This document shows, one piece after another, positions 8,734 through 17,636 of a stretch of 38,269 nucleotides of DNA (the stretch's first letter is position 1; every line of letters starts with the position of its first letter). Source of the DNA: a virus. Lineage: Duplodnaviria; Caudoviricetes. Location: positions 1-38,269 of the IMG/VR virus record IMGVR_UViG_3300030433_001610, one strand, 5' to 3'. Below the pieces are notes generated by a model. It was not told the origin of the DNA. It saw nothing but the letters and a program-made list of their open reading frames with translations, and searched no databases. Made by a program: the position numbers and the translations under genes.

Positions 8734-9215
8734 AAGCAAAAACAATTGAAGGAATGAAGAATGAAATGTGGGAGAAGGCATTTGAGCATGTACTCAATGA
8801 CCGTGAGCGTGTCATTGCACTGTCATTGTACCTTGCCACTTTCGGTGTGGAAGAAAGCATGGAAGATGTGGACAATTACATCGACAACGATTATCTTGTC
8901 TATACTGATGAGGAAGCGGATGAAGCAGTGCGTGAGTACATCGAGGAAACGGTGTGGGCATTCACCCCATCCTTCCTCCAAGCACACACCGGTGTAAGCG
9001 GTGACACAATCAGGGAGATGCAAGAGAAGTTGAGTGAAGATGCTAACGAAGCCATCACTGCGATGATTAAGGACTTCGACGGGTTTGTTGAAGACGCTGT
9101 ACGCTGTGATGGACGAGGACACTTCCTTGCACCGTACGACCACGAAGAAAACTATGTGTCCTTCTCAAACGAAGAAGGCAAGAATGTCACGTACTTCATT
9201 TACAGGGTGGACTAA
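8730..9215 (+). CDS. Acidic hypothetical phage protein
   Basis: SD GAGGTGA; 161 aa; DGRGHFLAPYD motif. Confidence 0.7.
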   Translation: MKAKTIEGMKNEMWEKAFEHVLNDRERVIALSLYLATFGVEESMEDVDNYIDNDYLVYTDEEADEAVREYIEETVWAFTPSFLQAHTGVSGDTIREMQEKLSEDANEAITAMIKDFDGFVEDAVRCDGRGHFLAPYDHEENYVSFSNEEGKNVTYFIYRVD

Positions 9216-9217
9216 TC

Positions 9218-9547
9218 ATGGTAAGTTACGGTATTCAATGGAAACCTTGCGAGCGAGAGAACGGTACAATCATGATGAAAATACCTATGCGACCTATCGT
9301 ATGGTCACTCAATGATTGTGCTCTTAACCTTGCGTCATTCATGAAGCGTGAAGGTTACACAGCGAGCGATTGGCCTATACTCAACAGCAAAACGGAAGTC
9401 AAACGCTTACTCAAATTGTGTGCTGAAATAAATGCCTATGACCCCAGTTACTTGTACGAGTATTACACTCCCGACGACATCATGGTGACTGTCGCAAAGG
9501 ACATTATCGCACATCACTTTCCTGAATTTACACAAGAGGAGGAATAA
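9218..9547 (+). CDS. Hypothetical protein
   Basis: Tightly packed ORF. Confidence 0.6.
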   Translation: MVSYGIQWKPCERENGTIMMKIPMRPIVWSLNDCALNLASFMKREGYTASDWPILNSKTEVKRLLKLCAEINAYDPSYLYEYYTPDDIMVTVAKDIIAHHFPEFTQEEE

Positions 9548-9549
9548 AT

Positions 9550-9768
9550 ATGACAGACGAATGGAACATAGAAGAATGGAAGAAGCAAAGTAGATTTGAA
9601 GAAGCCGACAAAGCGTGTAAGCACGCTTGTGGCTTAGGTTTGGAGAAGGCATGGGAAGACCACACTGGCTGTTCTGTCAGAAACGGAAGTTGGATGTCAC
9701 CCGAAAACATAGCGGAAGCAATTGCTTACCTGTACTTCGACTACAAACCTTTCGGCATGGAGGACTGA
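9550..9768 (+). CDS. Hypothetical protein
   Basis: SD GAGGAGG; tightly packed. Confidence 0.6.
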   Translation: MTDEWNIEEWKKQSRFEEADKACKHACGLGLEKAWEDHTGCSVRNGSWMSPENIAEAIAYLYFDYKPFGMED

Positions 9769-9770
9769 AC

Positions 9771-9947
9771 ATGAGTGCTGATGACATACGCAACTCCGCA
9801 AGTGAAATGACAAGGGCTGAACTCATAGAGGCTCAACAACTTTGTCAAGTGGAATTAGCCGCATGGGATGATGCATACGATGCGGTCAATTACTATCTTG
9901 AACAATACAGATTGAAAATTAAAGGTAAGTGGGGGAATAGAGAATGA
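9771..9947 (+). CDS. Hypothetical protein
   Basis: SD GGAGG, MSADDIRN...; start corrected from the ORF track. Confidence 0.55.
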   Translation: MSADDIRNSASEMTRAELIEAQQLCQVELAAWDDAYDAVNYYLEQYRLKIKGKWGNRE

Positions 9948-10489
9948 ACATATTTGTACTGGACACAAACCCAATCACTGCGGCACGAATGCATTGCGAC
10001 AAGCACATCCCCAAGATGTGCGTAGAAGCGGCACAGATGATGGCATCAGCCCTACACAGGCACGACGTTCCACACGCATCAATGCCGCTTACCAAGCGTG
10101 GTACAATGTACAAAGGTGGCTACAAGCATCACCCATGCACAGTATGGGCAGGTGAAACTCGTGCCAACTTCTTGTGGCTCGGAGTTCATGCTGTTACATT
10201 GTGCAATGAGTACAGCCAACGCTTCGGTAAAGAACATGCTTGCAACCAACCTATCCTACGAATGATGGAACTACAAGATGTCATTCCTGATGATGGACTA
10301 ACACAGTTTGCATTGGCTATGCCCGACGAGTATCGACCCGAACCTGTTGATGGTGAGATTGTGTACCATGCATACCCTGAACATGCGGTGCAAGCCTACC
10401 GTCGCTACTACCATTCCAAGACATTCGCTAAGTGGGAGAAGGGTACACCTGCTCCCGACTGGTGGCGAGGCGTGGAGGTGACAGCATGA
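9944..10489 (+). CDS. Pyrimidine-dimer DNA glycosylase/endonuclease V-like protein
   Basis: MNIFVLD..P..AA..HCDKH..KM..E.AQM, HPCTVW, EY..RFGKEH and AYRRYY motifs of the phage DenV-like family. Confidence 0.75.
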   Translation: MNIFVLDTNPITAARMHCDKHIPKMCVEAAQMMASALHRHDVPHASMPLTKRGTMYKGGYKHHPCTVWAGETRANFLWLGVHAVTLCNEYSQRFGKEHACNQPILRMMELQDVIPDDGLTQFALAMPDEYRPEPVDGEIVYHAYPEHAVQAYRRYYHSKTFAKWEKGTPAPDWWRGVEVTA

Positions 10490-10692
10490 GTAGATATTAT
10501 GATTTAGCAATAGGTGGTTTAGTGAAGTTCACAGGGGAACAGGTATGTCACAAATGTGAGAAAGGAATGATGATACCTGTTGATGGTGATGGTTACAATT
10601 GGATGCTTGAATGTTATGATGAGAATACAGGCTCAGGTTGTGGGAATATCATTCACGTAAGTGTTGCTGTGAGCGTGGAGGTGACGGCGTGA
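10486..10692 (+). CDS. Small putative zinc-ribbon protein
   Basis: MSRYYDL..., CHKC and C-x8-C; start at the ATGA overlap. Confidence 0.6.
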   Translation: MSRYYDLAIGGLVKFTGEQVCHKCEKGMMIPVDGDGYNWMLECYDENTGSGCGNIIHVSVAVSVEVTA

Positions 10693-11021
10693 ACAGAACA
10701 GATGTGATTTGGAGCAACGAGTTGAAAGATTTCATGGTTTATCTTGCGACCAGCACTGAATCCATAAGACCCATTGCAACTTATTTGGTCGAACACATTG
10801 CAGAAAATGACGAAAAGGTTAGTAGTCTTACGTGCGATGGCACTTGCGGAATTGAAATGTTCGTTTACAATACCGCCTTAAGCAAGGCAATTCAGAAGTC
10901 AAAACACTTCAAGGACGTGACGAAGTTTTTCAGTACAGCATCCGACTATTATTGTCATGATTACAATAACGATTTGGTATCGTACCTGAAACGCTTCTAC
11001 GATGTGGAGGTGACGGCGTGA
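10689..11021 (+). CDS. Hypothetical protein
   Basis: GTG start at a GTGA overlap with SD GGAGGTGA. Confidence 0.6.
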   Translation: MNRTDVIWSNELKDFMVYLATSTESIRPIATYLVEHIAENDEKVSSLTCDGTCGIEMFVYNTALSKAIQKSKHFKDVTKFFSTASDYYCHDYNNDLVSYLKRFYDVEVTA

Positions 11022-11200
11022 AAGTAACATTCAGATTCGGTGAGAAGCGATACACACCTACAGTATTGCACACAAGCATTGACGGTAACACATACCTGTG
11101 TGGTATGGAACGTGAAGGCTCATGGCATGACAAGTGCATGACGGATACCTTTGCTAAGTCCTTGCCGAAGTGTAAAGATTGCGAGGAGGCGAAGGAGTGA
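11018..11200 (+). CDS. Small Cys-containing hypothetical protein
   Basis: GTG start at the junction repeat; H..LCG..CKDC. Confidence 0.55.
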   Translation: MKVTFRFGEKRYTPTVLHTSIDGNTYLCGMEREGSWHDKCMTDTFAKSLPKCKDCEEAKE

Positions 11201-11218
11201 GCATACTTTCACTGTTGA

Positions 11219-11241
11219 TTTATAAACTGGCAAAGAGAAAG
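11219..11241 (+). promoter_or_regulatory. Conserved viral promoter motif, copy 5
   Basis: TTTATAAACTGGCAAAGAGAAAG, 34 nt before ATG 11253. Confidence 0.8.
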
Positions 11242-11252
11242 AGGGTGATAAA

Positions 11253-11570
11253 ATGACGGCAACTGACAAGATAATTGATGCAAAGATGAAGATAAGTGTG
11301 GAGTTGCAAGCACTGCAACGACGACTGGCACTGCTTGAAGAGTTTGAGAAGCAAGGCTACAATACACGTACTTGTGAAGCAGGGTATCATGACTGGGAAG
11401 ATTTACCGTGGGAAGACGGATATGTAGGTCTTCGGTATGAAGGTTATGGTAATGATGTTGTGAAAGACTTGCACATCTGTGTGAACTGCGGTGTAATGCG
11501 TACAACAAAATTCAGTCGATTACTTACTGACATGGAAGACCCATTCAAAGCACTGCGGGAGGAGGAATGA
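11253..11570 (+). CDS. Hypothetical protein (coiled coil plus putative zinc site)
   Basis: CEAGYH..CVNC; preceded by GGGTGA. Confidence 0.65.
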   Translation: MTATDKIIDAKMKISVELQALQRRLALLEEFEKQGYNTRTCEAGYHDWEDLPWEDGYVGLRYEGYGNDVVKDLHICVNCGVMRTTKFSRLLTDMEDPFKALREEE

Positions 11571-11572
11571 AC

Positions 11573-11719
11573 ATGGACAGGAAAGAGATTAGGGACGTGG
11601 GCAGTTGGTTCAACAGTTGGTGTGTAGCATACACCAACGAATGTGGTGATGTTGGACGTGATGAATTTGTCAAGGATGCTTTGGAGGCGTTGAAATTCTA
11701 TGTTAGGTGGGGGTACTAA
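11573..11719 (+). CDS. Small hypothetical protein (not in ORF track)
   Basis: MDRKEIRDVGSWF...; SD GAGGAGG; TAATG overlap with the next gene. Confidence 0.5.
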   Translation: MDRKEIRDVGSWFNSWCVAYTNECGDVGRDEFVKDALEALKFYVRWGY

Positions 11720-11883
11720 TGTACGACTGGTACGAAAAGATGGACGCACAGATGTGGGAAGACCGAGCGAATGCATCGTATGAATGCGACGTGTGTGGCA
11801 AGATTGTCGATAGCGTCGAGGAGTATGATGTGGACGGCACGATGGCTTGCTCACATTGCTTTGCACTACGAGAGGAGGAATGA
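11719..11883 (+). CDS. Small zinc-finger protein (not in ORF track)
   Basis: MYDWYEK..CDVC..CSHC..ALREEE. Confidence 0.6.
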   Translation: MYDWYEKMDAQMWEDRANASYECDVCGKIVDSVEEYDVDGTMACSHCFALREEE

Positions 11884-11885
11884 AT

Positions 11886-12251
11886 ATGAATACAGAAGAA
11901 GAACAACGAGAGAAAATGAAAATGATGGGTAAACAATTGGGAGACGTACACGATACAGCAATTGAATTGATGAAAGATAAAGTCTTGACCGATGTCGAAT
12001 TTACAAACTTTGAGCACAAGATTAGAGCGATGCAAGACTGTATTGATGCAGCGATTTTGCGTATTGAATGCGAACATAACAACATAGAAATTGTGTCTTT
12101 AAACGACCACTATGGTCATGGTATGATTGACGTTACATGGAAGTGCGAAGATTGCGACACAGTGATGGAAGGTCAAATCGACATGCAAGAACTGTGGCGA
12201 TACGGCGCATCATCCGCAGTGGTACAAGAAGGATTTGAGGTGAAAGTATGA
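11886..12251 (+). CDS. Hypothetical protein with putative zinc site
   Basis: CEH..CEDC; SD GAGGAGG. Confidence 0.6.
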   Translation: MNTEEEQREKMKMMGKQLGDVHDTAIELMKDKVLTDVEFTNFEHKIRAMQDCIDAAILRIECEHNNIEIVSLNDHYGHGMIDVTWKCEDCDTVMEGQIDMQELWRYGASSAVVQEGFEVKV

Positions 12252-12718
12252 GGAACACACCAATCACATTTGCGAATGGCTCGTCACTAACCATGTGTGA
12301 CCTTGAGGATTTTCGAGATACACTCAAGCCGACACACACGGTTGTGACCCTGTGCCGATACCCACCACGCTTCATTGACAGTGACAAGCAAGAGCGACAT
12401 CACTACTACTTCCGAGCACACAACAACGACCCGTACATTTGGCAACATGCATCGGAGTTGGTACTTGACTTACTTGACAAGGGTAAGCACGTACTGCTAC
12501 ACTGTGTACATGGACGTGACCGCACTGGCGGTGTAGGTTTCATTGTGCTCAACCACATGTTTCCCACGAAACAAAGCGGAAAGATATTGGAGATGATGGG
12601 TAAGGCACGACCAAAGATTGGAGTCGATACTTTCACTGAGAAAGTATTATACGAAAAAGGGAGTTTGTATTTCAAGGTCATAAACGAACTGGAAGAAGGG
12701 AGAGATGATAATGAGTAA
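12248..12718 (+). CDS. Dual-specificity (CX5R) phosphatase-like protein
   Basis: VLLHCVHGRDRTG signature; VVTLC; ARP. Confidence 0.85.
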   Translation: MRNTPITFANGSSLTMCDLEDFRDTLKPTHTVVTLCRYPPRFIDSDKQERHHYYFRAHNNDPYIWQHASELVLDLLDKGKHVLLHCVHGRDRTGGVGFIVLNHMFPTKQSGKILEMMGKARPKIGVDTFTEKVLYEKGSLYFKVINELEEGRDDNE

Positions 12719-12799
12719 AGACATGAATGAGCACAACATCAAAATCAAAATCGAAGAAGATGAGTTCATCTACATTGAATACTTTGAGGCGTGATTACA

Positions 12800-13495
12800 A
12801 TGAGAGTACTTGTAGCCTGTGAGTTTAGTGGTCGAGTGCGAGAAGCGTTCCGAGCGAAGGGTCATGATGCATGGTCGTGCGACCTGCTACCTGCTGACGA
12901 CGACTCGCCCTATCATTATCAATGCAATGTCTTTGACATACTTGACGGGGGGTGGGACTTGATGATTGCACACCCACCTTGCACATACTTGACGGTGACT
13001 GGCAACAGTTGGTTCTACCATCCTGATGACAAGCACCTACCAACGGATGAGCGTAGACCTCATCCACGTTTTCCAAACAGGCGACAGCATCGAGAGGAGG
13101 CGGTTGAATTTTTCATGGGGATGATGGAAGCCGACATTCCAAAGATTGCCGTTGAGAATCCTGTGGGTATCATGTCCACAAGATTCCGTAAGCCTGACCA
13201 ATACATTCAGCCGTACGAGTTCGGTGACCCTGAACGTAAGAAGACAGGGCTGTGGCTCAAAGGGCTACCATGTCTTGTACCTACCGACATCGTTGAACCG
13301 AACATTATTCAGTACAAGAACGGCAAAGGTACAGACTCAAAGTGGCACATGGACACAATGAAGTTACCACCACTTGAACGCATGAAAGCACGCAGTATTA
13401 CATTCCAAGGCATTGCTGATGCAATGGCTGACCAATGGGGGAGCACAAATGGACGAGAAAAAATTGATGAGAAAGACGAAGAAAGAATTGTGTGA
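12800..13495 (+). CDS. Phage-type DNA (cytosine-5) methyltransferase-like protein
   Basis: VLVACEFSG SAM-binding start, AHPPC catalytic PC, ENP motif VI, KKTGLW. Confidence 0.75.
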   Translation: MRVLVACEFSGRVREAFRAKGHDAWSCDLLPADDDSPYHYQCNVFDILDGGWDLMIAHPPCTYLTVTGNSWFYHPDDKHLPTDERRPHPRFPNRRQHREEAVEFFMGMMEADIPKIAVENPVGIMSTRFRKPDQYIQPYEFGDPERKKTGLWLKGLPCLVPTDIVEPNIIQYKNGKGTDSKWHMDTMKLPPLERMKARSITFQGIADAMADQWGSTNGREKIDEKDEERIV

Positions 13496-13700
13496 GTTGA
13501 TACTTTCACAACAAGAGCAAGAAGAGATTGTACACTGTCCCTCTTGCGGAAGTGACCAGTTACGATACCGTAGCGATTTCATGAGTGGGTCAATCGACGT
13601 GGCCTGTGCTGATTGCAAATCAATGTGGTTTGAAGTGTGGCAATTCAAAGGGATTGAGATGATTATGGGAGAGGATAACCGTGTGGGTAGCAACGAATGA
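13449..13700 (+). CDS. Small zinc-ribbon protein
   Basis: CPSC..CADC; overlaps the methyltransferase end by 47 nt. Confidence 0.55.
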   Translation: MDEKKLMRKTKKELCELILSQQEQEEIVHCPSCGSDQLRYRSDFMSGSIDVACADCKSMWFEVWQFKGIEMIMGEDNRVGSNE

Positions 13701-14094
13701 AGGATGGATAAGTGTCGTCAAGCGACGTGGTTCAGATGAACTACTGGTGCGTGCTCGCAATGAAGCACACCTAATCTGTGTCTTGTTGTATCTACAGGAA
13801 CATCCGTCGCTTGAGGATGACCGTATCTTCATAGAACTCGATGCGGATTATCCATATCGAATGTATGTCACAAAAGAAGAGTTCAAGAGATACATGAACA
13901 GACAGATTGACCGCATTGACTATGACAATTTCAAAGCAAGCGTCCCTGACCCAACGTATGCTCGTGCATTGAATGATGTGTGGTATACGATGTACCAATG
14001 GGGGCTACCACATCGACCAGTAGATGAGTACACTACACTGGATGATTTCGGTTTGGTGTATGCCAATGAGCGCATTGCTTATGAGGAGGAATGA
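13681..14094 (+). CDS. Conserved-looking phage hypothetical protein
   Basis: MW....GWISVV..LLVRAR..DYPYR..IDYDNFK pattern. Confidence 0.65.
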   Translation: MWVATNEGWISVVKRRGSDELLVRARNEAHLICVLLYLQEHPSLEDDRIFIELDADYPYRMYVTKEEFKRYMNRQIDRIDYDNFKASVPDPTYARALNDVWYTMYQWGLPHRPVDEYTTLDDFGLVYANERIAYEEE

Positions 14095-14103
14095 CCGATT
14101 TCC

Positions 14104-14126
14104 TTTATAAATCGGCAAAGAGAAAG
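14104..14126 (+). promoter_or_regulatory. Conserved viral promoter motif, copy 6
   Basis: TTTATAAATCGGCAAAGAGAAAG, 35 nt before ATG 14139. Confidence 0.8.
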
Positions 14127-14138
14127 AAGGTGAGAAAA

Positions 14139-14654
14139 ATGGCAGTTTACAAAAGACAACCAAAAGAAACGAAGCGCAACTATGTTTGGCGAGTAATGCA
14201 CGAACAGTTTGGAGATACGGAGTGTTCACGAAACGAACTCTTCCCGTTCATCTCCAAGCGTTCCAATGTATCGTACAAGAACTTGTCCGAACAATTATCG
14301 AACTTAGCACAGATAGGATATGCAACCAAACGTAAGTGTCCATCACGCAAACGGACAGTGTACGGTCGTATCATTCCGAATGAAAAGAAATGGAATCTAT
14401 CACATGCTGACGCACAAGACTACAATGCAGACCACAAGAAAGTGAACGACGTTATTGAGGCGGTCAAGCCTGAACACCGTGTGGCTGACGTTGAAGACGT
14501 ACCTGTTGGGGAAGTGCTACTTATTATGGGTGTACAACGAGATGACTTGTTGAGTGTGTTTGATGATTTGATTTACCATACACCAATCAAGACCCTGCGT
14601 GATACGCATCCTGAATTGTTGGCAATGGTATTGCAATATGGACGAGGTGCTTGA
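14139..14654 (+). CDS. Putative winged-helix DNA-binding protein
   Basis: Basic N-terminal domain with SYKNLSEQLSNLAQIGY, typical of wHTH. Confidence 0.5.
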   Translation: MAVYKRQPKETKRNYVWRVMHEQFGDTECSRNELFPFISKRSNVSYKNLSEQLSNLAQIGYATKRKCPSRKRTVYGRIIPNEKKWNLSHADAQDYNADHKKVNDVIEAVKPEHRVADVEDVPVGEVLLIMGVQRDDLLSVFDDLIYHTPIKTLRDTHPELLAMVLQYGRGA

Positions 14655-14655
14655 G

Positions 14656-14817
14656 ATGAAAACATTCATGGTCAAAGTAACGTACGAAGGGGAGATACTT
14701 GCTGACAGCGAAGAAGAACTTGAGGAGAAGTTGTGGGTCGTACACAAGTTGTTCGACAAACCATTCGATGATACATTGTTTGACGCAGTGGATTACGAGA
14801 TACTACAGGAGGACTAA
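14656..14817 (+). CDS. Small acidic hypothetical protein
   Basis: SD GAGGTG; MKTFMVKVTYEG. Confidence 0.55.
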   Translation: MKTFMVKVTYEGEILADSEEELEEKLWVVHKLFDKPFDDTLFDAVDYEILQED

Positions 14818-14819
14818 AC

Positions 14820-15029
14820 ATGAGTTGGGATTACAAGAAAATGACAAGACTCGCTACCTTTGTAGCATCAGGTGTAGAAGAGTATGACCGACAGGATGTA
14901 GAGTCGATGGTTGGATTGTGTGGTTGGCAAACGGCTTTTGACTTCTTCACTCGATACCAAACGAGATACCATGCTGACTGCTCACAGCAACTTGACTGGA
15001 TAAAGGAATTAGCAGAACAGGAGGACTAA
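14820..15029 (+). CDS. Hypothetical protein
   Basis: SD GGAGG; tightly packed. Confidence 0.6.
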   Translation: MSWDYKKMTRLATFVASGVEEYDRQDVESMVGLCGWQTAFDFFTRYQTRYHADCSQQLDWIKELAEQED

Positions 15030-15031
15030 GC

Positions 15032-15286
15032 ATGAGCAGGGAAGAAATACCGAGTGGGGCAACCTACCCACTTACAATAGAACAAGAAGACCTACACAAT
15101 TACCTGTTACTTATGAAAAGAATGTTGAAAGATTGGCATGATGAACTTGATGACATGCTCGCTTACAATCCCACAGATGGTTTCAAGTATGAACTTAGTG
15201 CCAATATTCAACACATACAAGCGATATACAAGGCTGTTGAAGCACAACATAAACAATTTGATTCAGAAATGGGAGTACAATTTTAG
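15032..15286 (+). CDS. Hypothetical protein
   Basis: SD GGAGG; tightly packed. Confidence 0.6.
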   Translation: MSREEIPSGATYPLTIEQEDLHNYLLLMKRMLKDWHDELDDMLAYNPTDGFKYELSANIQHIQAIYKAVEAQHKQFDSEMGVQF

Positions 15287-15297
15287 GAGGAATAGAC

Positions 15298-15624
15298 ATG
15301 AGAAAAAGAACTGACGATGAGATGATGAGGTTAGTGCTCGAATATGAATACGAGCGAATCAATCATGAGGAAGGTGAAGAAACCGAGTCCTTATTCGACA
15401 TAGTTGTTGAGTATGGATTAGAAGGTAATGAACACCCTAAGCATGTATTACAATATGGAAGTGTTTGGGGTTGGGATTTCAGTAACGCAAGCATTACCGA
15501 AGAAGAGTTTTATGAAGAACTATATGAGCCTGTGGCAAAAATAGTCAATGAAAGAAATCAAAAACGGTGGGAAAGAAAACATAGAATAATTGACAAATTG
15601 ATGAAGAAAAAGAAGGAGGAATAG
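15298..15624 (+). CDS. Hypothetical protein
   Basis: SD AGGAGG; AT-rich ORF. Confidence 0.6.
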   Translation: MRKRTDDEMMRLVLEYEYERINHEEGEETESLFDIVVEYGLEGNEHPKHVLQYGSVWGWDFSNASITEEEFYEELYEPVAKIVNERNQKRWERKHRIIDKLMKKKKEE

Positions 15625-15626
15625 AT

Positions 15627-16643
15627 ATGGCACACGATTTAGCACAAACAGCAAGCGGAGAATACATGACAGCATGGGCGGGTAGCACACCGTGGCATGG
15701 ACTGGGAACATCTGTCGAGGGTCTGATGACTACGACGGAAGCATTACAGAAAGCACACCTTGATTGGGAAGTTGTAAAGTTACCGTTAAAGTTCCACAAT
15801 GAAATAGATGAAATCGAAATTGTACCTGATACATACGGTGTCTTCCGTGAGAGCGAGGAGGGACTTGTCCCACTCACTCGTGGAGGCAAAGCCGTAGGTC
15901 GAGTATGGAAACCACTACAGAACGTGGATGCATTTGCATTCATGGATGAGATTCTACAATCGCACGAGGCGGCTATTGAGGTTGCGGGTGCGTTGGGTAA
16001 CGGAGAAACGGTATGGATTTTGGCGAAGTTGCCTGATACCATCATCATCAATGGGCAAGACCCAGTTGAGCAATACTTCCTTATCACGAACAAGCACGAC
16101 GGTACAGGTGCAGTGAAGTTCCTTCCTACACCAATCCGTGTTGTTTGTCAAAACACATTGAGTGGAGCAATTGCACAAGGCAAGGCATCCACATACAACG
16201 TGCGTCACACATCTAAGATGGGTGAGCGTGTTGATGATGTACGTCGAGCACTGGGCATCATGAACAAGCAGTTCATCGAATGGGGTGAACAAGCGAGCGA
16301 ACTGGCTACTGTCGAGTATGAGATTGATGATGTCAAGGAGTACTTCATTGATGTACTTGGTCTTAAGCGTGACCCTGAAACGGGTGAGATGGCTGACAAT
16401 ACCAAGACAAGACTCAAGATGAATAAGTTGATGCAGTTGCTCTCAAGTCCACAGAACAATGTGGGTGACATGGGTGGCACATGGTGGGCGGCATACAATG
16501 CTGTCACCGAGTTCATTGACCACCACGCTACGACGCTCCGCAATGGTGAGAAGAGTCGCAAGGGTATCGAGTCGGCCATCTTCGGTCCTTACGCTCGTAA
16601 GAAGAAGATTGCTTGGGAGTTGGCTTTGGAAGTGATTCAATGA
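15627..16643 (+). CDS. DUF932 / TIGR03299-like phage/plasmid protein
   Basis: PWHGLG, LDWEV, PLQN.DAF, HDGTG, TPIRVVCQNTL, RHT, TWWAAYNAVTEF.DH. Confidence 0.85.
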   Translation: MAHDLAQTASGEYMTAWAGSTPWHGLGTSVEGLMTTTEALQKAHLDWEVVKLPLKFHNEIDEIEIVPDTYGVFRESEEGLVPLTRGGKAVGRVWKPLQNVDAFAFMDEILQSHEAAIEVAGALGNGETVWILAKLPDTIIINGQDPVEQYFLITNKHDGTGAVKFLPTPIRVVCQNTLSGAIAQGKASTYNVRHTSKMGERVDDVRRALGIMNKQFIEWGEQASELATVEYEIDDVKEYFIDVLGLKRDPETGEMADNTKTRLKMNKLMQLLSSPQNNVGDMGGTWWAAYNAVTEFIDHHATTLRNGEKSRKGIESAIFGPYARKKKIAWELALEVIQ

Positions 16644-16867
16644 AGTTACAGGTACGGATGAACAATCACGAGTGTCTTGAAACGGCAACCATCAAAGTCT
16701 TCGGTAAGAAGTACGATGTGGCCGTTACACTAAAAGATGAAACCGAATGCCCTGTATGTGACGCACCGAATGCTAACGTGTATGTGCTTGACAGGGACGA
16801 CTTGGTTTTGACTGCATGTGAGCATTGTGAGATATTCACGGTGTGCAAAGTAAAGAGAGGTGAATGA
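16640..16867 (+). CDS. Small zinc-ribbon protein
   Basis: CPVC..CEHC; ATGA overlap. Confidence 0.6.
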   Translation: MKLQVRMNNHECLETATIKVFGKKYDVAVTLKDETECPVCDAPNANVYVLDRDDLVLTACEHCEIFTVCKVKRGE

Positions 16868-16868
16868 A

Positions 16869-17636
16869 ATGACAGCATTTGAAGTAAACGAAGAACTGAT
16901 TGTATGGGCGAGAGAACACATTGACAGCATTCCCGTTGGTGGCACATGGTCACCACAGGGCGCAGGTGTCCAGTACCATAAGCAAGACGAAACCACATGG
17001 GCGTTGATGTCCATGTACGACCATCCTGACACACACGCATTTCACAACAGCGTGATGGACTTGTTCAATGAACTGGGTGTCACCGTTCAAACACCTGATG
17101 GCTTTGAAATGGTTGTACCACCACTTGACCCGACACAAGTTGCGGAGCAAGAGTTCCAACAACGACAAGCGATTGCGGCAGGTTGGGCGTGCGACTGTGG
17201 CGAACCACTTGCAAACTTTAACCTTGAAAGAAAGTCTGATGAGTACGTTGAAACCATTGATGCTCAACTCGATAGCGGAAACACTGCACCAGTTGAACTA
17301 TGGCGTACACACATCACATGCCCTGCGTGCGGTGCTGATATTGCGATGGAGCCGCAAGACTACCATCTGCTTGCGGGTGACGAGTTGTACATGACGTGGC
17401 ACACAGACGACTACACCTACAAGGCATTGACTCGCATTGAGTTGAAAGAACGAGCAGACAAGGCATACTTCACCACCGAAGTTTTGAATGATGATTCACT
17501 GTATCATGTCTTAGGAAGCAACCTCGCTTTGAGTAGTAATCGTTCTTTGACAGTTGAAGAAAGCAAAGTACCTCCGTGGATGTGGGGCTTGTTGGTTGAA
17601 CGTACAACACGCAAGAAGGACGAGGAAGAAGAATGA
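16869..17636 (+). CDS. Hypothetical protein with zinc-binding motifs
   Basis: CDCG..CPAC; SD GAGGTGA. Confidence 0.7.
   Translation: MTAFEVNEELIVWAREHIDSIPVGGTWSPQGAGVQYHKQDETTWALMSMYDHPDTHAFHNSVMDLFNELGVTVQTPDGFEMVVPPLDPTQVAEQEFQQRQAIAAGWACDCGEPLANFNLERKSDEYVETIDAQLDSGNTAPVELWRTHITCPACGADIAMEPQDYHLLAGDELYMTWHTDDYTYKALTRIELKERADKAYFTTEVLNDDSLYHVLGSNLALSSNRSLTVEESKVPPWMWGLLVERTTRKKDEEEE

Larger units (their letters stand above)
10470..11021 (+). repeat. Three copies of a 20-bp gene-junction repeat (G/A)(C/T)GTGGAGGTGAC(A/G)GC(A/G)TGA
   Basis: Copies at 10470-10489, 10673-10692 and 11002-11021; each encodes VEVTA-stop, an SD and an overlapping start. Confidence 0.85.

Noticed and set aside
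12800-13495. Restriction-modification system
   Set aside because: No adjacent endonuclease is recognisable; this appears to be an orphan phage-type methyltransferase.
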